A stretch of 64,000 nucleotides of DNA from Bacilli bacterium (GCA_017470005.1 JAFUFH010000080.1:555-64554), one strand, 5' to 3'; shown: positions 37,059-47,765, counted from the first letter of the stretch. The notes: generated from the letters alone by a model not told the origin. Numbers and translations are program-made.

Positions 37059-37870
37059 TATTCTTCGTCCTTTGCTGCGTTGATGATCGCATCGACGGTC
37101 GCGTTGATATAATCGATATGAAGATCTTCGATATTTCCTGCATCCATGGCTTGAGCGATCTTTTCATCGAAAGGAACTTCATCAAAGACAGGGATTCCGT
37201 GGATTCTTCCAATTTCAGGATCACCTTTTCCATAGATATCGATTCTCTTTCCACAATCTGGGCATTTCACATAGGCCATGTTTTCCACAAGAGACACAAG
37301 AGGAATAGAGAGCATCTCTGCCATTCTAGCACTCTTTTCGACAATCAAAGAAACCAATCCTTGAGGAGAGGTGACTAAGACAGCGCTAGAGAGAGCAAAT
37401 TTTTGGAAGACCGTCAAAGAGACATCTCCAGTTCCAGGAGCCATATCAACAAGAAGGAAATCCACATCCCATTTGACATCGGTATAGAACTGTTCAATCA
37501 AAGTGGAGATCATGGCACCTCTCCAAACGATAGGATCGTTAGGATTATCTAATAATAAGTTAGAAGAGATGATCTGGATGCCACCTTTGCTCTTGATCGG
37601 ATCGATCATTCCATCGGGATAGGAATAAGTAGGGCCTTTCACATCAAAAACAAAGGGAATAGAAGGGCCGGTGATATCGGCATCTAAGATACCCACTTTA
37701 TAGCCTCTTCTAGCCAATTCTACGGCGATATAAGATGTGGTGAAGGATTTACCTACGCCACCTTTACCAGAAAGGACAGCGACGGCGTGTTTGACTCTTG
37801 CGCCGTTTCCTAAGGTCGCCTTAGGAATCTTAGGAGCCTTATCGGTGTTTGCTTGATTTTGATTACTCAT
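37058..37870 (-). CDS. Mrp/ApbC/NBP35-family Fe-S cluster carrier ATPase
   Basis: Deviant Walker A SGKGGVGKS and a CPDCG CxxC motif. Start at MSNQNQ lies behind GAGGT. Confidence 0.85.
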   Translation of the reverse strand: MSNQNQANTDKAPKIPKATLGNGARVKHAVAVLSGKGGVGKSFTTSYIAVELARRGYKVGILDADITGPSIPFVFDVKGPTYSYPDGMIDPIKSKGGIQIISSNLLLDNPNDPIVWRGAMISTLIEQFYTDVKWDVDFLLVDMAPGTGDVSLTVFQKFALSSAVLVTSPQGLVSLIVEKSARMAEMLSIPLVSLVENMAYVKCPDCGKRIDIYGKGDPEIGRIHGIPVFDEVPFDEKIAQAMDAGNIEDLHIDYINATVDAIINAAKDEE

Positions 37871-37907
37871 TTTATTTACCTCGTACAACTTTCCTATTAT
37901 AAAACAA

Positions 37908-38276
37908 TCAATCTTTTTTACCTAAGAGTTTCATCGCCAAAGAGAAATAAACGTGATCTAAATGGCTTGCACCAAGTTGTGTGCCCCCATAATATCTCAC
38001 GATATAGACGCCTTGGTTACGAATGTCATCTCTTTCGAAAAAAGTTTTGGCTTTTTTCATGGAAGAGATAGGTTCTCTATCTTCGCTAGCTTCAGAGACC
38101 ATGGCTCCGAATTTGTTCTCGTAGCGTAACACGCGCAAGATGTGTCTTGCTTTACTATGTTCTTCTTTAAGACTCGCTAAAATCGCTTTTGCATCCTCTT
38201 CATTTTCAATCTGATAGAGGAAGGCATAAAATTTGGAACGCTTCTCTTCGTAAAATAGTTGATTTAACAATTTCAT
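37908..38276 (-). CDS. IMPACT/YigZ-family N-terminal domain protein (short form)
   Basis: RSKFYAF...VYIVRYYGGTQLGASHL matches the UPF0029/IMPACT signature. Only 122 aa, so the usual C-terminal domain is missing. Confidence 0.6.
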   Translation of the reverse strand: MKLLNQLFYEEKRSKFYAFLYQIENEEDAKAILASLKEEHSKARHILRVLRYENKFGAMVSEASEDREPISSMKKAKTFFERDDIRNQGVYIVRYYGGTQLGASHLDHVYFSLAMKLLGKKD

Positions 38277-38345
38277 ATGTGGAAAATTTCTATACTAAAT
38301 TATATTCCTTTGGGATATAATTATCTACACAAGGAGGAAAATCCT

Positions 38346-39224
38346 ATGCCGAAGTTTAGATTAGTCGTCGATTCTAGTTGTGATTTACCGCGCGAATTTT
38401 ATGAAAAATATAATATCGGTGTCACCGATCTTATCGTCAACTTCAATGAGAGACAATATGTCGACCGCAAGGAGATCACACCAGAAGAGATTTTAAAGAA
38501 ATATGAAGAGAGCAAAGTCTTCCCTAAGACTTCCGCTTTGAATATCCCTGAGATAGAAAGCATGATTCAACAAGAACTCAAGGAATATGATCACATCTTC
38601 TATATGCCAATCTCTTCTTTTATCTCTTCTATCAATAACAACGCGCATTTAGCCGTCCAGGATTTAGGAGTGGAAGATAAGGTCACAATCTTAGATTCTT
38701 ATTCTCTCTCTTCCGGTATCGCCTTAGAGGCTATCGGTATCTGTGAAGATTTCAAGAAGAATCTCTCTGTAGAACAGATTGTCAAAAACCATGAAGCTCG
38801 TTTAAAGAATGTCTCTATGTCCTTTTGTATCCAATCCATGGAATTCCTTCATAAGGGCGGAAGATGTTCTGGTCTTACCTATTTATTAGGTAACAAATTC
38901 CACATTCATCCTATCATCCGTTTAGATGAAGGTAAGATGGGTGTTCACGCTCTTGTCAGAGGTAAAGATTTAGGTAAATCTTTACAGAAGATGATTGAAG
39001 AATTCAAAGCCGAATTTGAAAAGGACAATATCGATTTCTCCTATCCGATCATGATTCCTCATGTCTTAGGTGATTACGGTGTGACCAAAATCGAGAAAGA
39101 ATTACAGGAATTGGTGGGTCAAACCATCCTCTTCCCTGTGGATGCTTCCGGTATCATCACTTGCCATTGCGGTAAAGATACTGTCGGTCTTGCTTACATG
39201 TTAAAGAGTCCTTTAAACAAATAA
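38346..39224 (+). CDS. DegV-family fatty-acid-binding protein
   Basis: FRLVVDSSCDLP N-terminus and typical length. Start at MPKF lies behind AAGGAGGA. Confidence 0.8.
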   Translation: MPKFRLVVDSSCDLPREFYEKYNIGVTDLIVNFNERQYVDRKEITPEEILKKYEESKVFPKTSALNIPEIESMIQQELKEYDHIFYMPISSFISSINNNAHLAVQDLGVEDKVTILDSYSLSSGIALEAIGICEDFKKNLSVEQIVKNHEARLKNVSMSFCIQSMEFLHKGGRCSGLTYLLGNKFHIHPIIRLDEGKMGVHALVRGKDLGKSLQKMIEEFKAEFEKDNIDFSYPIMIPHVLGDYGVTKIEKELQELVGQTILFPVDASGIITCHCGKDTVGLAYMLKSPLNK

Positions 39225-39370
39225 AACGATAAAAAACAACTTATCTCAATTTTCGTGATTCGAAACATTGTTTCCATCACAATAATCTAAATGATTCAAT
39301 CCGTCATGTCCAAATCATTACACATAGTCGTTCCGAGTCTTTCCTGTAACAATCCATAAGGAGGTAAACT

Positions 39371-39766
39371 ATGTATTGCAGCTACTGCGGAAAAGAAATT
39401 GTCGATTCAGATAAGTATTGTCGTCACTGTGGAGGCTTTCTAGAAGGGGAGAAAACTACACCCATTAAGATAGAGGATCCTAAACCTCTTCCTAACCCTC
39501 CCAAAGTAAAGCCTCAACCAAAAAGAGAAAGAGTCGCTTATGTCTTCTCTAATCTTGCCAGAGTCTTCTCTTTCCTTTCTTTAGTCGGATTCGTATTTGT
39601 TGGAGCTGCCTTTGCTATCGTTTCTTTGATCTTGAATCGTAACAAAGAGCTTCAGACGAGAAATATCATCTCTTTAGTTCTCTCTATCGTCCTCTCCTTT
39701 GGCGTCATCGTTTTATATATATTCTTGTTTGCTTATCTCATCTCTCAGTTGATTGTTGTGATTTAA
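39371..39766 (+). CDS. Zinc-ribbon membrane protein
   Basis: MYCSYCGKEIVDSDKYCRHCGG, a Pro/Lys-rich linker, then two TM helices. RBS AAGGAGG. Confidence 0.65.
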   Translation: MYCSYCGKEIVDSDKYCRHCGGFLEGEKTTPIKIEDPKPLPNPPKVKPQPKRERVAYVFSNLARVFSFLSLVGFVFVGAAFAIVSLILNRNKELQTRNIISLVLSIVLSFGVIVLYIFLFAYLISQLIVVI

Positions 39767-39827
39767 AAAGCAAAATAAATCGGTAACAACTTACTAACAA
39801 TTTCTTGCAGTGGTTGTTACCGTTTTT

Positions 39828-42800
39828 TTATTCGATATCAGGAGCAATCTCTTGAATCACTTCTTCAAAGGAGGAAGTATTTAAATTCAATGTCGTCATC
39901 GCCCCAATATTAGGATAGGTGTTATCGGATGTCTTATGAACAGGGAGTTGAAGGATGACAGATTGCGCAAGGAGTGCGATCTTACTATTTCCGTTAGCAG
40001 AATAAGCGACATGATTTAAATAGTAATCGAATCTAGCGATATCTTTTGCTTCGGTATAGACTTGATTCTTGGTTCCGTAATAGGGAAGCAGAGGTAAGAG
40101 TTGGTCTTTGAGGTAATAGGCATTGAAAGTCATCATATCGATTGTTGGTGTGGTGTTAGCAAAGAGAACAATACCATCGATAGCTCTTCCTTCGACATCG
40201 TTGATCAAGAAGTAATCTTGAGCTTTGAAGTCAAGAGTATTGACCCCAGGGAAGTGAGGAGCGATGGTGGGGTTATGGAAGAGAACATCTAAGATACCAG
40301 AGAGAAGTTCCGAAGCGAAGTCACTTCGATAATAGATATTGTTTTCCACTTTGGATCCACAGCCAAGAAGTGTAGCAAAGCTAAGATGGATATCTAAGAT
40401 AGAGGTGGCGTTTTGAATGTCATCGGTGTTTTCTAGCAAGGTGTATAAGACTTTCTCGACCATGTCTAAATCTTGATAGGCTTTCTCTTGGTCTAATTCT
40501 CCATTACCATCGAGTAATTTCGGGTTAGAGAAGAAGATTCTCTCTAAGGTATAAGCGTGTTTATCTTCGCCATATGGAGCATCTACTGTCTCGCTTAATA
40601 AGCTTTTTGCGACTTCTTGAGAGGAGTTATTTAACATCAAGTTATAGAAGATATAGGAGCGGTTATACTTAAAGGTCTTCATCTTTCCGAGGTAGTATAA
40701 GAAGCGGAGATGGAAGCCATCTAAAGAGAGAGTGCTTAAGGAGTCTTTGTTTTGGAAGAATTCTTTTAAGCCATCATCGCCTAAAGCCAATTCCACCATA
40801 TTCTCTAATTCGTTGTCCCAATAGAGAATGTCATCTAAGCTAGTGGTGAGATGTACTTTGGTTTCTATCGGATAAGAGATTTCTCCCGTCTCTGGAATGA
40901 CTAACAAGGAATCGATATCGATATCTTTTAAGGCTCTTTCCATCATAGAGATAGGAAGTCTGTGGAAGAGGGTGGAGCGGTTCATGTCTTTTAAAAGAAG
41001 AATCAGGCCATCTTTGCTCATGGTGGAGAAATCAAAGGAAGTGGCATCCATGCCTTGGATATCACACAAGATAGATTTGAAGTGAGAGATTTCTTCATCC
41101 ATCTCTAGGATGCTGTTTAATAAGCCGCGTAGAGCACCATCTTGGTATTCTTCCTCTTCTTCTAAGGTGATCATAGAAGAGATATTCAAAGTGGAAATGG
41201 TGGAATAGAAGAGCTCTTGTAAGGGAGTTAAGAGTGCACCTTCTTTCTTGGTATTCATCAAGATAGAAGCACCCATCTTATCTAATAAGGTATTGAATTC
41301 ATCTAAGAGAGTTCCTTCTCCACTCGGTATGGTGTTGAGAGAATAGAGATGACTCATCATGTATTCTAATTTGCTGACATCTTCTACCTTTTCATTGGTG
41401 AGAGAATAAAGATAATCGATCAAACTCAATTCCGATGTGATCTCTTCTTTGGTCATGGTGGTGAGAAGATGGAAATCTATGGCAGTCATGACTTTGGAAT
41501 AATTCTCACCTAAATTGATGAGTTGACTGGTATTGACTAAGATTTGAGAGAAGAGATGAACCAAAAGATAAGAGTCCATATGAGTGGCAACTTCACTGAT
41601 GAATCCCGTAGGAAGCTTACCGTCTTTCATATTCTCAAAATCAAAGCCTTGAGCGATATGAATCAATTCGATCAAATCCGCAATCTCACCTTTGGTGGTG
41701 ACAGAGAAGTCTTTTCCATCGATTTGAATGGTCGCTTCTTCTTCACTCCAGGATTTATCGCTGTTGGTGAGATTGAAGGCGTAGATATCCGGATGAGAGA
41801 TAGAGAAGAGAGAGAAGAAGTTTTGACGGTTCAACAATTGATAGATTTGATATCCGAAGGGATCTTCATAATCGGAAGAGACTTGAACGAAGTTACATTT
41901 GTTCAAGTTGGTAAGAAGGGCGTTTAATCTGTCGGGGTCGATAGATTGGAAATCCAGGGATCCTAAATCTAATGTGAGAATCAAATCAAAGATTTCTCCG
42001 ATGTGATCGACATCTTCAAGCCACATGGAATTTCTCATGCGATTTAAGGAGATGTGGATACCTAATTGTTCCATATAATCGTTTAAGGAGGAATCGATGA
42101 TGGAGAGAATGGAAGGAGAGAGAATCTTAGATTGTAATCCGGTTCTCAATAAAGAAGAGATTTCTTTGCTATCGCCAAGGGTAGCTAAATCATGTTCAGG
42201 ATCGACTAAGAAGGCGGCGTTATCTTTGGCGTATTGAAGCACAGAGATGATGAGAGAAATCTCACCTTTTTCATTGTTTTCATCTCTCCATTTCACATCT
42301 TGTAATTCTTCTAACGTAGGAGATTTAATTCCCATAGAGACAAAGGGTTCGACAGAGAAGAGATTGGACAAGAGAGTGTAGATGTTCATATTCTTTTGTT
42401 CACTAGAGGAGATACCCATTCTCACATCGCTGTTGAAGAAGTTAGAGGTAGTGATGATGGTTAACAATTCTTGGATGAAATCTAAATCAAATTCCATCAA
42501 TTTATCTTTAGCGGATTTCTCACTGTTTCTAAAGAGATCCATGGTCTCTTTCACTTTGGGCATCAATGTTAAGATCTCTTTGAAATTGGAGATGAAATCA
42601 TCGCTCTCATAATCGAAATTATAGGGAGTGAGACCGAAAAGATAATTGGAGAAATCAAAAGTGTTAGAGAAGAGGAAGGATTTTAAGACGGAAGGATAAA
42701 TTCTCTTAAAGACCACACTCTTTTCGACGGTGGCTAATAATTCTCCCAATTGATTGGCACTCTCTTCATCGAAGATATCAAAGGTGGTGACGTCCTCTAA

Positions 42801-44588
42801 ATTGATCTTAGAATCCTCGCTGAAGACCATGCCAGCGATCTCTAAGATATTTCGAATCTCTCTCTTGTAATCAAAGATGGTGAAGTTTTCAAAAGCTTCC
42901 GCGATATTGGCTTCTTTGACATAGGATTCAATGGAAGGGATAGAGCCTAAGGTGGATTCTAAGGTATCGGCGATAGATAAGGTGGAGAAGAGTTGGGTAT
43001 CGACTAGTCCGAGTCGATTCTCATCGCCACAAAGAAGGACAGAAATTTCATTTCTCTTGATATCATCGGAGAGTGCGTGGAAGGTGACATCCGTGATTTC
43101 ATTGGATTCTAAGATAGAGGCGGAGATATCTAATTCTAGTGTCTTAAAGAAGTGAAGGATGACATCACCGATGATGGATAAATCTTTGCTCCAGTCGATA
43201 GAGGAATAGGCGTTAGGATCGGTGGAGAATAAAGAGACACCAAAGTTTTCAAAATATTTTCCTAAGGAAGAGAAGAGAGTGGGTAAATTGCGCTTGACAA
43301 TTTCCATGGTACCTAAGTTCTCTAAAGCAGAGATGATCTCTTCAATATCTTCTTCACTCATGGTGGAAGTAGGGATCTTAAAGGATTCCATATCCATGCC
43401 ACTTTCTACAAAGTGTCCAAAGAAGGAAGCGTAGACTTTCTTATAAATACCATTGATGATGGTTAATTCACTCTTCCAGTCGACATCTTCAAAGCTTAAT
43501 GCGTTTAAGTCAATGGCGGCATTGGTGTCTAACGTATTTAAAGCAACATCGACTAAGGTAGGAAATAGAGCCATCAAAAGATCATTTTCAATCAAAGATG
43601 AGATGAGGGTATCCATGGTGGAGACAGAGAGAAGTTGAGCAAGATTGATGGTGAGAGCATCCACACCTTGATCATAGGTGATGATTCTTTCGTTGATGAG
43701 AGGTTTAGCGACATCTAAAGTGGAATTGGCAAGCGTATTGAAGGAGAGAGAGGTGTTATTTAAGGTGATGGTGCTCACTTTTTCCATGATGACCATATCT
43801 AAGCCAAATAGTCCTTGTAATTGATAAATGGTGCTATTTTCGACTTTATCCATATAGGCTTTGATGAGACTTTGTTTGTCTTCTGGAATATCCATAGAGA
43901 CCATGGCTTCTTCTACAGAGCTTCTATTGCTTAAAGCAGTTCTTGCTAAAGAGGTGATAGGGGTTAAAAGAATTAAGACAAAGAGGAATTCTTGAACGGC
44001 ACCGATGATTCCACCAGGAATTCGAAGCAAGGGAAGCTTTCTTCTTGCTTCTTGTGCGGGTTTTCCTTCTTCATTTAATAAGCCTGATGTGGCGTCATAA
44101 TTCTCTTTGTTTTCTTTCTTGGCTTTACGATCTTTTTTGGTTTCCACAGGTAAGAACCAACGGAATATCGCGTGATAAAAGATGGTGGTTAAAAGTGAGC
44201 TTAACAACTGTAACAATACCATCAAGATAAAGAAGACCACATAGGTAGCTAAAGAGGATGCGATAGCGACAGCGGTCTCATATAAAGAAAGACCATTGAT
44301 AGGAGAAACCACTCCCGAAGAAGTCAATTGATCTGCCATCCAATATAAAAGAGTAACAGGTTCACTCGATTGAATGATCGGAGAGATATCAAAGTTTCCG
44401 ATGAAGGTGGCAATAGATGGACATAAGAAAATGGCAACCAAAATGAAGACGACTTTGATCAATGTCTTTACTGTGGTTTTATAAACTCCTTTGATAAAAC
44501 CGATTAAGCCAGCAAGAAGCGTCAAAGCGATCATAGCGACGAAAACGATGAGAAGAATCGAATTCAATGTCTCAGGGCTTAGGGTCAT
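39828..44588 (-). CDS. Giant (1586 aa) membrane-anchored protein of unknown function
   Basis: Uninterrupted ORF. About 4 N-terminal TM helices with a CvpA-like look, a basic loop, one more hydrophobic helix, then about 1350 aa of non-repetitive, Asp/Glu/Leu/Ser-rich and probably helical sequence. Confidence 0.7.
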   Translation of the reverse strand: MTLSPETLNSILLIVFVAMIALTLLAGLIGFIKGVYKTTVKTLIKVVFILVAIFLCPSIATFIGNFDISPIIQSSEPVTLLYWMADQLTSSGVVSPINGLSLYETAVAIASSLATYVVFFILMVLLQLLSSLLTTIFYHAIFRWFLPVETKKDRKAKKENKENYDATSGLLNEEGKPAQEARRKLPLLRIPGGIIGAVQEFLFVLILLTPITSLARTALSNRSSVEEAMVSMDIPEDKQSLIKAYMDKVENSTIYQLQGLFGLDMVIMEKVSTITLNNTSLSFNTLANSTLDVAKPLINERIITYDQGVDALTINLAQLLSVSTMDTLISSLIENDLLMALFPTLVDVALNTLDTNAAIDLNALSFEDVDWKSELTIINGIYKKVYASFFGHFVESGMDMESFKIPTSTMSEEDIEEIISALENLGTMEIVKRNLPTLFSSLGKYFENFGVSLFSTDPNAYSSIDWSKDLSIIGDVILHFFKTLELDISASILESNEITDVTFHALSDDIKRNEISVLLCGDENRLGLVDTQLFSTLSIADTLESTLGSIPSIESYVKEANIAEAFENFTIFDYKREIRNILEIAGMVFSEDSKINLEDVTTFDIFDEESANQLGELLATVEKSVVFKRIYPSVLKSFLFSNTFDFSNYLFGLTPYNFDYESDDFISNFKEILTLMPKVKETMDLFRNSEKSAKDKLMEFDLDFIQELLTIITTSNFFNSDVRMGISSSEQKNMNIYTLLSNLFSVEPFVSMGIKSPTLEELQDVKWRDENNEKGEISLIISVLQYAKDNAAFLVDPEHDLATLGDSKEISSLLRTGLQSKILSPSILSIIDSSLNDYMEQLGIHISLNRMRNSMWLEDVDHIGEIFDLILTLDLGSLDFQSIDPDRLNALLTNLNKCNFVQVSSDYEDPFGYQIYQLLNRQNFFSLFSISHPDIYAFNLTNSDKSWSEEEATIQIDGKDFSVTTKGEIADLIELIHIAQGFDFENMKDGKLPTGFISEVATHMDSYLLVHLFSQILVNTSQLINLGENYSKVMTAIDFHLLTTMTKEEITSELSLIDYLYSLTNEKVEDVSKLEYMMSHLYSLNTIPSGEGTLLDEFNTLLDKMGASILMNTKKEGALLTPLQELFYSTISTLNISSMITLEEEEEYQDGALRGLLNSILEMDEEISHFKSILCDIQGMDATSFDFSTMSKDGLILLLKDMNRSTLFHRLPISMMERALKDIDIDSLLVIPETGEISYPIETKVHLTTSLDDILYWDNELENMVELALGDDGLKEFFQNKDSLSTLSLDGFHLRFLYYLGKMKTFKYNRSYIFYNLMLNNSSQEVAKSLLSETVDAPYGEDKHAYTLERIFFSNPKLLDGNGELDQEKAYQDLDMVEKVLYTLLENTDDIQNATSILDIHLSFATLLGCGSKVENNIYYRSDFASELLSGILDVLFHNPTIAPHFPGVNTLDFKAQDYFLINDVEGRAIDGIVLFANTTPTIDMMTFNAYYLKDQLLPLLPYYGTKNQVYTEAKDIARFDYYLNHVAYSANGNSKIALLAQSVILQLPVHKTSDNTYPNIGAMTTLNLNTSSFEEVIQEIAPDIE

Positions 44589-44664
44589 AAATTTTCCTAA
44601 TATTATTTTAAATTATTAAATGTAATTATGCTATTATAATTAAAAGATTTTGTGGAGGTGTGTT

Positions 44665-45618
44665 ATGGAAGTCTATGATCATCCAAATCCTGAAGAGGGT
44701 CCTCAACAGGAAGAACCCCAGCAAGAAAAAAGAGAAATCAAAATAAACAGTGAGGGCGAATATGTCCCTAAGATGAAGCCATCTTATGCGAGAAATTTAA
44801 AGTTTGAATCTTCTTATATCAACGCTAATTTTTCTTTTTGGAACAAATTCATTTTCTTTTTAATCGGTTTTGTCGGATTAGAACTTCTCGCCTTCATCTG
44901 CCAGCTGATCTTCTTGCAGATTCCCGCTTTCACCGTGGGTAATGGTTTTAGCGCATTTGGCGCTTCTTTACTCAATCTGCTTGTCTATATCATCATTTTT
45001 GCGGTGATGCTCGTCTTGCTGCTGACAAACAAGAAAAAACCTTTCTTTTATATCTTGCAAGAATTCAAGCTAGGCTCAACCTTTGGTTACATGTTTATGG
45101 CCTTAGGTATCATAACAGCATTCAATTATCTCTTTTCTATCATTTATAGAGGTATTCCGATTTATGGTTCTAATGCTAATCAAGAAGGAATTGAAACTCT
45201 CACCTTCTCCTTCCCGATCATGATGGTAATCACAACCGTGTTCTTAGCGCCGTTTACAGAAGAGCTCACCTACCGTATCGGTTTATTAGATACTATCGGT
45301 CACAAATCCCGTTGGCTTGGTATTGTCATCTCTGCTATCATCTTCGGTTTAGTTCACTTTGATTATTCTCCGATCATCTTGATTATTAGAACCATCCAAA
45401 ATAGTGGAGATATCACTATTCCTTTAAATCTTCTCTATATCGAATTACTCAATCTTCCTATCTATATTTCTATGGGTGGTGTCTTGGGTTTCTTCTATGC
45501 AAAAACAGGTAGAATCACCGTTTCTTGGGGTGCTCACACTTTGAATAACTTGATTGCTTTCATCTCTGCTTTACTCTATCCATTCGTGGAACAACTCTTA
45601 GAAAAGATTGGATTTTAA
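44665..45618 (+). CDS. CPBP-family (CAAX/Abi) intramembrane metalloprotease
   Basis: Motifs EELTYR, FGLVHF and HTLNN spaced across TM helices. ATG 44665 lies behind GGAGGTG. Confidence 0.75.
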   Translation: MEVYDHPNPEEGPQQEEPQQEKREIKINSEGEYVPKMKPSYARNLKFESSYINANFSFWNKFIFFLIGFVGLELLAFICQLIFLQIPAFTVGNGFSAFGASLLNLLVYIIIFAVMLVLLLTNKKKPFFYILQEFKLGSTFGYMFMALGIITAFNYLFSIIYRGIPIYGSNANQEGIETLTFSFPIMMVITTVFLAPFTEELTYRIGLLDTIGHKSRWLGIVISAIIFGLVHFDYSPIILIIRTIQNSGDITIPLNLLYIELLNLPIYISMGGVLGFFYAKTGRITVSWGAHTLNNLIAFISALLYPFVEQLLEKIGF

Positions 45619-45627
45619 AACCATATT

Positions 45628-46512
45628 ATGGAACAAGAAAAGCAACCTTTTGGATTCTCTTCCCTCATTTTAAAAATCATCGCTTGTGTCTTGATGACAC
45701 TGGACCATGTCGCTTTGTTATTCCTTCCTTCCCCTGCGGTTTTGAGTGTTGGTCCTTATTACATTCTTCGCGCTATTGGTAAGATTGCTTTTCCTATCTT
45801 TGCCTTTTTAGCGGTAGAAGGTGTGTATCATACTAAAAATATCAAAGGATATTTACTTCGTCTTCTTATCGGGGCCCTCTTGATTGATTTATTCGGTTAT
45901 ATCATCTCCTTCTCTACCGGTATCTCTATTGCAAGCAACCCCATCATTGGTAATGCCTTTATGGATTTATTCTTAGGGGTATTATTGGTGTATTTGTTAA
46001 AGAGAAAAGACTGGTATTCTCTCTTTGCTATCCTTCCTTTCTTATATGCTCTATTCTCGGAAGTGGAGATTCATGAATATTATGGAACTCTTTTTAAAGC
46101 GGACTGGGGTTTCTTCTCTATCTGTCTATTTGCTCTTTTCTTCTTAGCCAGAGAACTTGGGGATTATTATTTAAAGAAGAAAGCTTTGAGAGAAGGATTA
46201 GAAGAAAACACTTATTTGTTATTGGATTCAAATAAATATCACAAGATCTTATCTGTCTTTGCTTTAGTCACCATTGAGCTTGTCTTCTATCTCATCTTTA
46301 GATTAGATAACACTTCTTTCTTGCTTCCGAATCAATTTGTTCCGTTAGGAACATATTCGACTCTCGCTTTACTCTTCATCCTTCTTTATAACGGTAAAAG
46401 AGGGTTTTCTTCGAAGTTCTTACAATTCTCTTTCTACGCTTATTATCCTCTTCATGTCTTCATTTTAGGTATCATTTCTTTATTTGTCGGAACCTTAGCT
46501 AGTGTCTTATAA
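45628..46512 (+). CDS. TraX-family membrane protein
   Basis: LKIIACVLMTLDHVA N-terminal signature; polytopic, 294 aa. Confidence 0.65.
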   Translation: MEQEKQPFGFSSLILKIIACVLMTLDHVALLFLPSPAVLSVGPYYILRAIGKIAFPIFAFLAVEGVYHTKNIKGYLLRLLIGALLIDLFGYIISFSTGISIASNPIIGNAFMDLFLGVLLVYLLKRKDWYSLFAILPFLYALFSEVEIHEYYGTLFKADWGFFSICLFALFFLARELGDYYLKKKALREGLEENTYLLLDSNKYHKILSVFALVTIELVFYLIFRLDNTSFLLPNQFVPLGTYSTLALLFILLYNGKRGFSSKFLQFSFYAYYPLHVFILGIISLFVGTLASVL

Positions 46513-46597
46513 ATCAAGGAATTTATTTGTAAGCATATTGATTGCAAATATTTTTTCTTTCCTTTATCATTAACTCAAATCATAGGAGGACTTAAAT

Positions 46598-46945
46598 ATG
46601 ATTACTGTATTAAATGATATCAACGATTTTACCAAGATCGTTACTGCTAACCACAATGTCTTAGTCGATTTCAATGCCACTTGGTGTGGTCCCTGCCGCA
46701 TCATGGGTAGAATCATCGAAGAGATCAAGGATGACTATTCCGATATTGTCTTCTTAAAGGTCGATACCGATGACTTCGGTGAGATCGCACAACAGTTTGG
46801 TGTTATGTCTATCCCTACCATGATTGCTTTCCAAGATGGAAAGAGAAAATACTTCACGGTGGATGGAGAACAGCAAGAAGTCTTGATCGGTTCTACCACT
46901 CAAGATAATTTCGAAGATGTTTTAAATAACACTTTCCGTAAATAA
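46598..46945 (+). CDS. trxA: Thioredoxin
   Basis: WCGPC active site, 115 aa, RBS AGGAGGA. Confidence 0.9.
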   Translation: MITVLNDINDFTKIVTANHNVLVDFNATWCGPCRIMGRIIEEIKDDYSDIVFLKVDTDDFGEIAQQFGVMSIPTMIAFQDGKRKYFTVDGEQQEVLIGSTTQDNFEDVLNNTFRK

Positions 46946-46965
46946 GTAGGTTTCATCGTCATTCT

Positions 46966-47000
46966 GAGCGCGTTTTTTCCAAGAAAATGCGCTCTTTATT
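46966..47000 (+). terminator. Terminator after trxA
   Basis: GAGCGC...GCGCTC stem followed by TTTATTATT. Confidence 0.55.
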
Positions 47001-47061
47001 ATTGATTAATGATTGACATTGATTTAAAATTTATTCTATAGGATAAAGGAGATATTTAAAA

Positions 47062-47745
47062 ATGGCTGAAGAATTAACAAAAGAAGAAAAGAAAGCTCTA
47101 AAAAGAAAAGCCAAGAGAGAAAACAAAGGTGGTCTCGTAAAGGAATTCAAAGCATTCATCACTCGTGGTAATGTTCTTGACATGTCTGTTGGTGTCATCA
47201 TGGGTGGCGCCTTCAACGCGATTGTCACTGCTTTGACCAACATCTTATTAGCAATCGCTACATGGGCTGTCCCTGGTGGTATCAAAGGTTTGGTCACTGT
47301 CTTACCCGCTGTCAATGATGCTCAGAAGGGTTTAGATGGTATCGGACAATTCTTTGACATCAAAGACTTACAGAAGATGACCTTCCAATTCGCCGAAAAC
47401 AACAACGCTGTTGTTGGCACTGCAAATCCTGATGGTACCTTCACTGTCACCGATACTGCTGGTTATGCTGCTATGCAATCTGGACTTCTTGGTAAGTACA
47501 CCTTACACGGAACTACCTACACTTACAACATGTCCGCTGTCATCGACTGGGGAACTTTCATCAATGCAATCATTTCCTTCCTCATCATCGCTTTAACTCT
47601 CTTCATCATCATCAAGACTGTCTCTTCCATCAAAGCCGCTAACGAAGCTTTCAAAGCTCAAGCCGAAGCAAAATTAAAAGCTATGAAGGCTGCTGAAGAA
47701 GCTCCAGTGGAAGAAGCCGCTGCAGAAGAAACTCCTGCTGAATAA
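47062..47745 (+). CDS. mscL: Large-conductance mechanosensitive channel with an expanded extracellular loop and charged tails
   Basis: FKAFITRGNVLDMSVGVIMGGAFNAIV is the MscL TM1 signature. The loop between TM1 and TM2 runs about 95 aa. 227 aa overall. Confidence 0.8.
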   Translation: MAEELTKEEKKALKRKAKRENKGGLVKEFKAFITRGNVLDMSVGVIMGGAFNAIVTALTNILLAIATWAVPGGIKGLVTVLPAVNDAQKGLDGIGQFFDIKDLQKMTFQFAENNNAVVGTANPDGTFTVTDTAGYAAMQSGLLGKYTLHGTTYTYNMSAVIDWGTFINAIISFLIIALTLFIIIKTVSSIKAANEAFKAQAEAKLKAMKAAEEAPVEEAAAEETPAE

Positions 47746-47765
47746 TTCTTTGCGTATCGTAAATA

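Noticed and set aside
39251-39260. A lone AATCACGAAA (minus-strand reading) resembling the LytTR half-site, downstream of degV
   Set aside because: There is no partner repeat at the 21-nt register on either side, and its orientation does not fit the neighbouring genes. It is probably chance.
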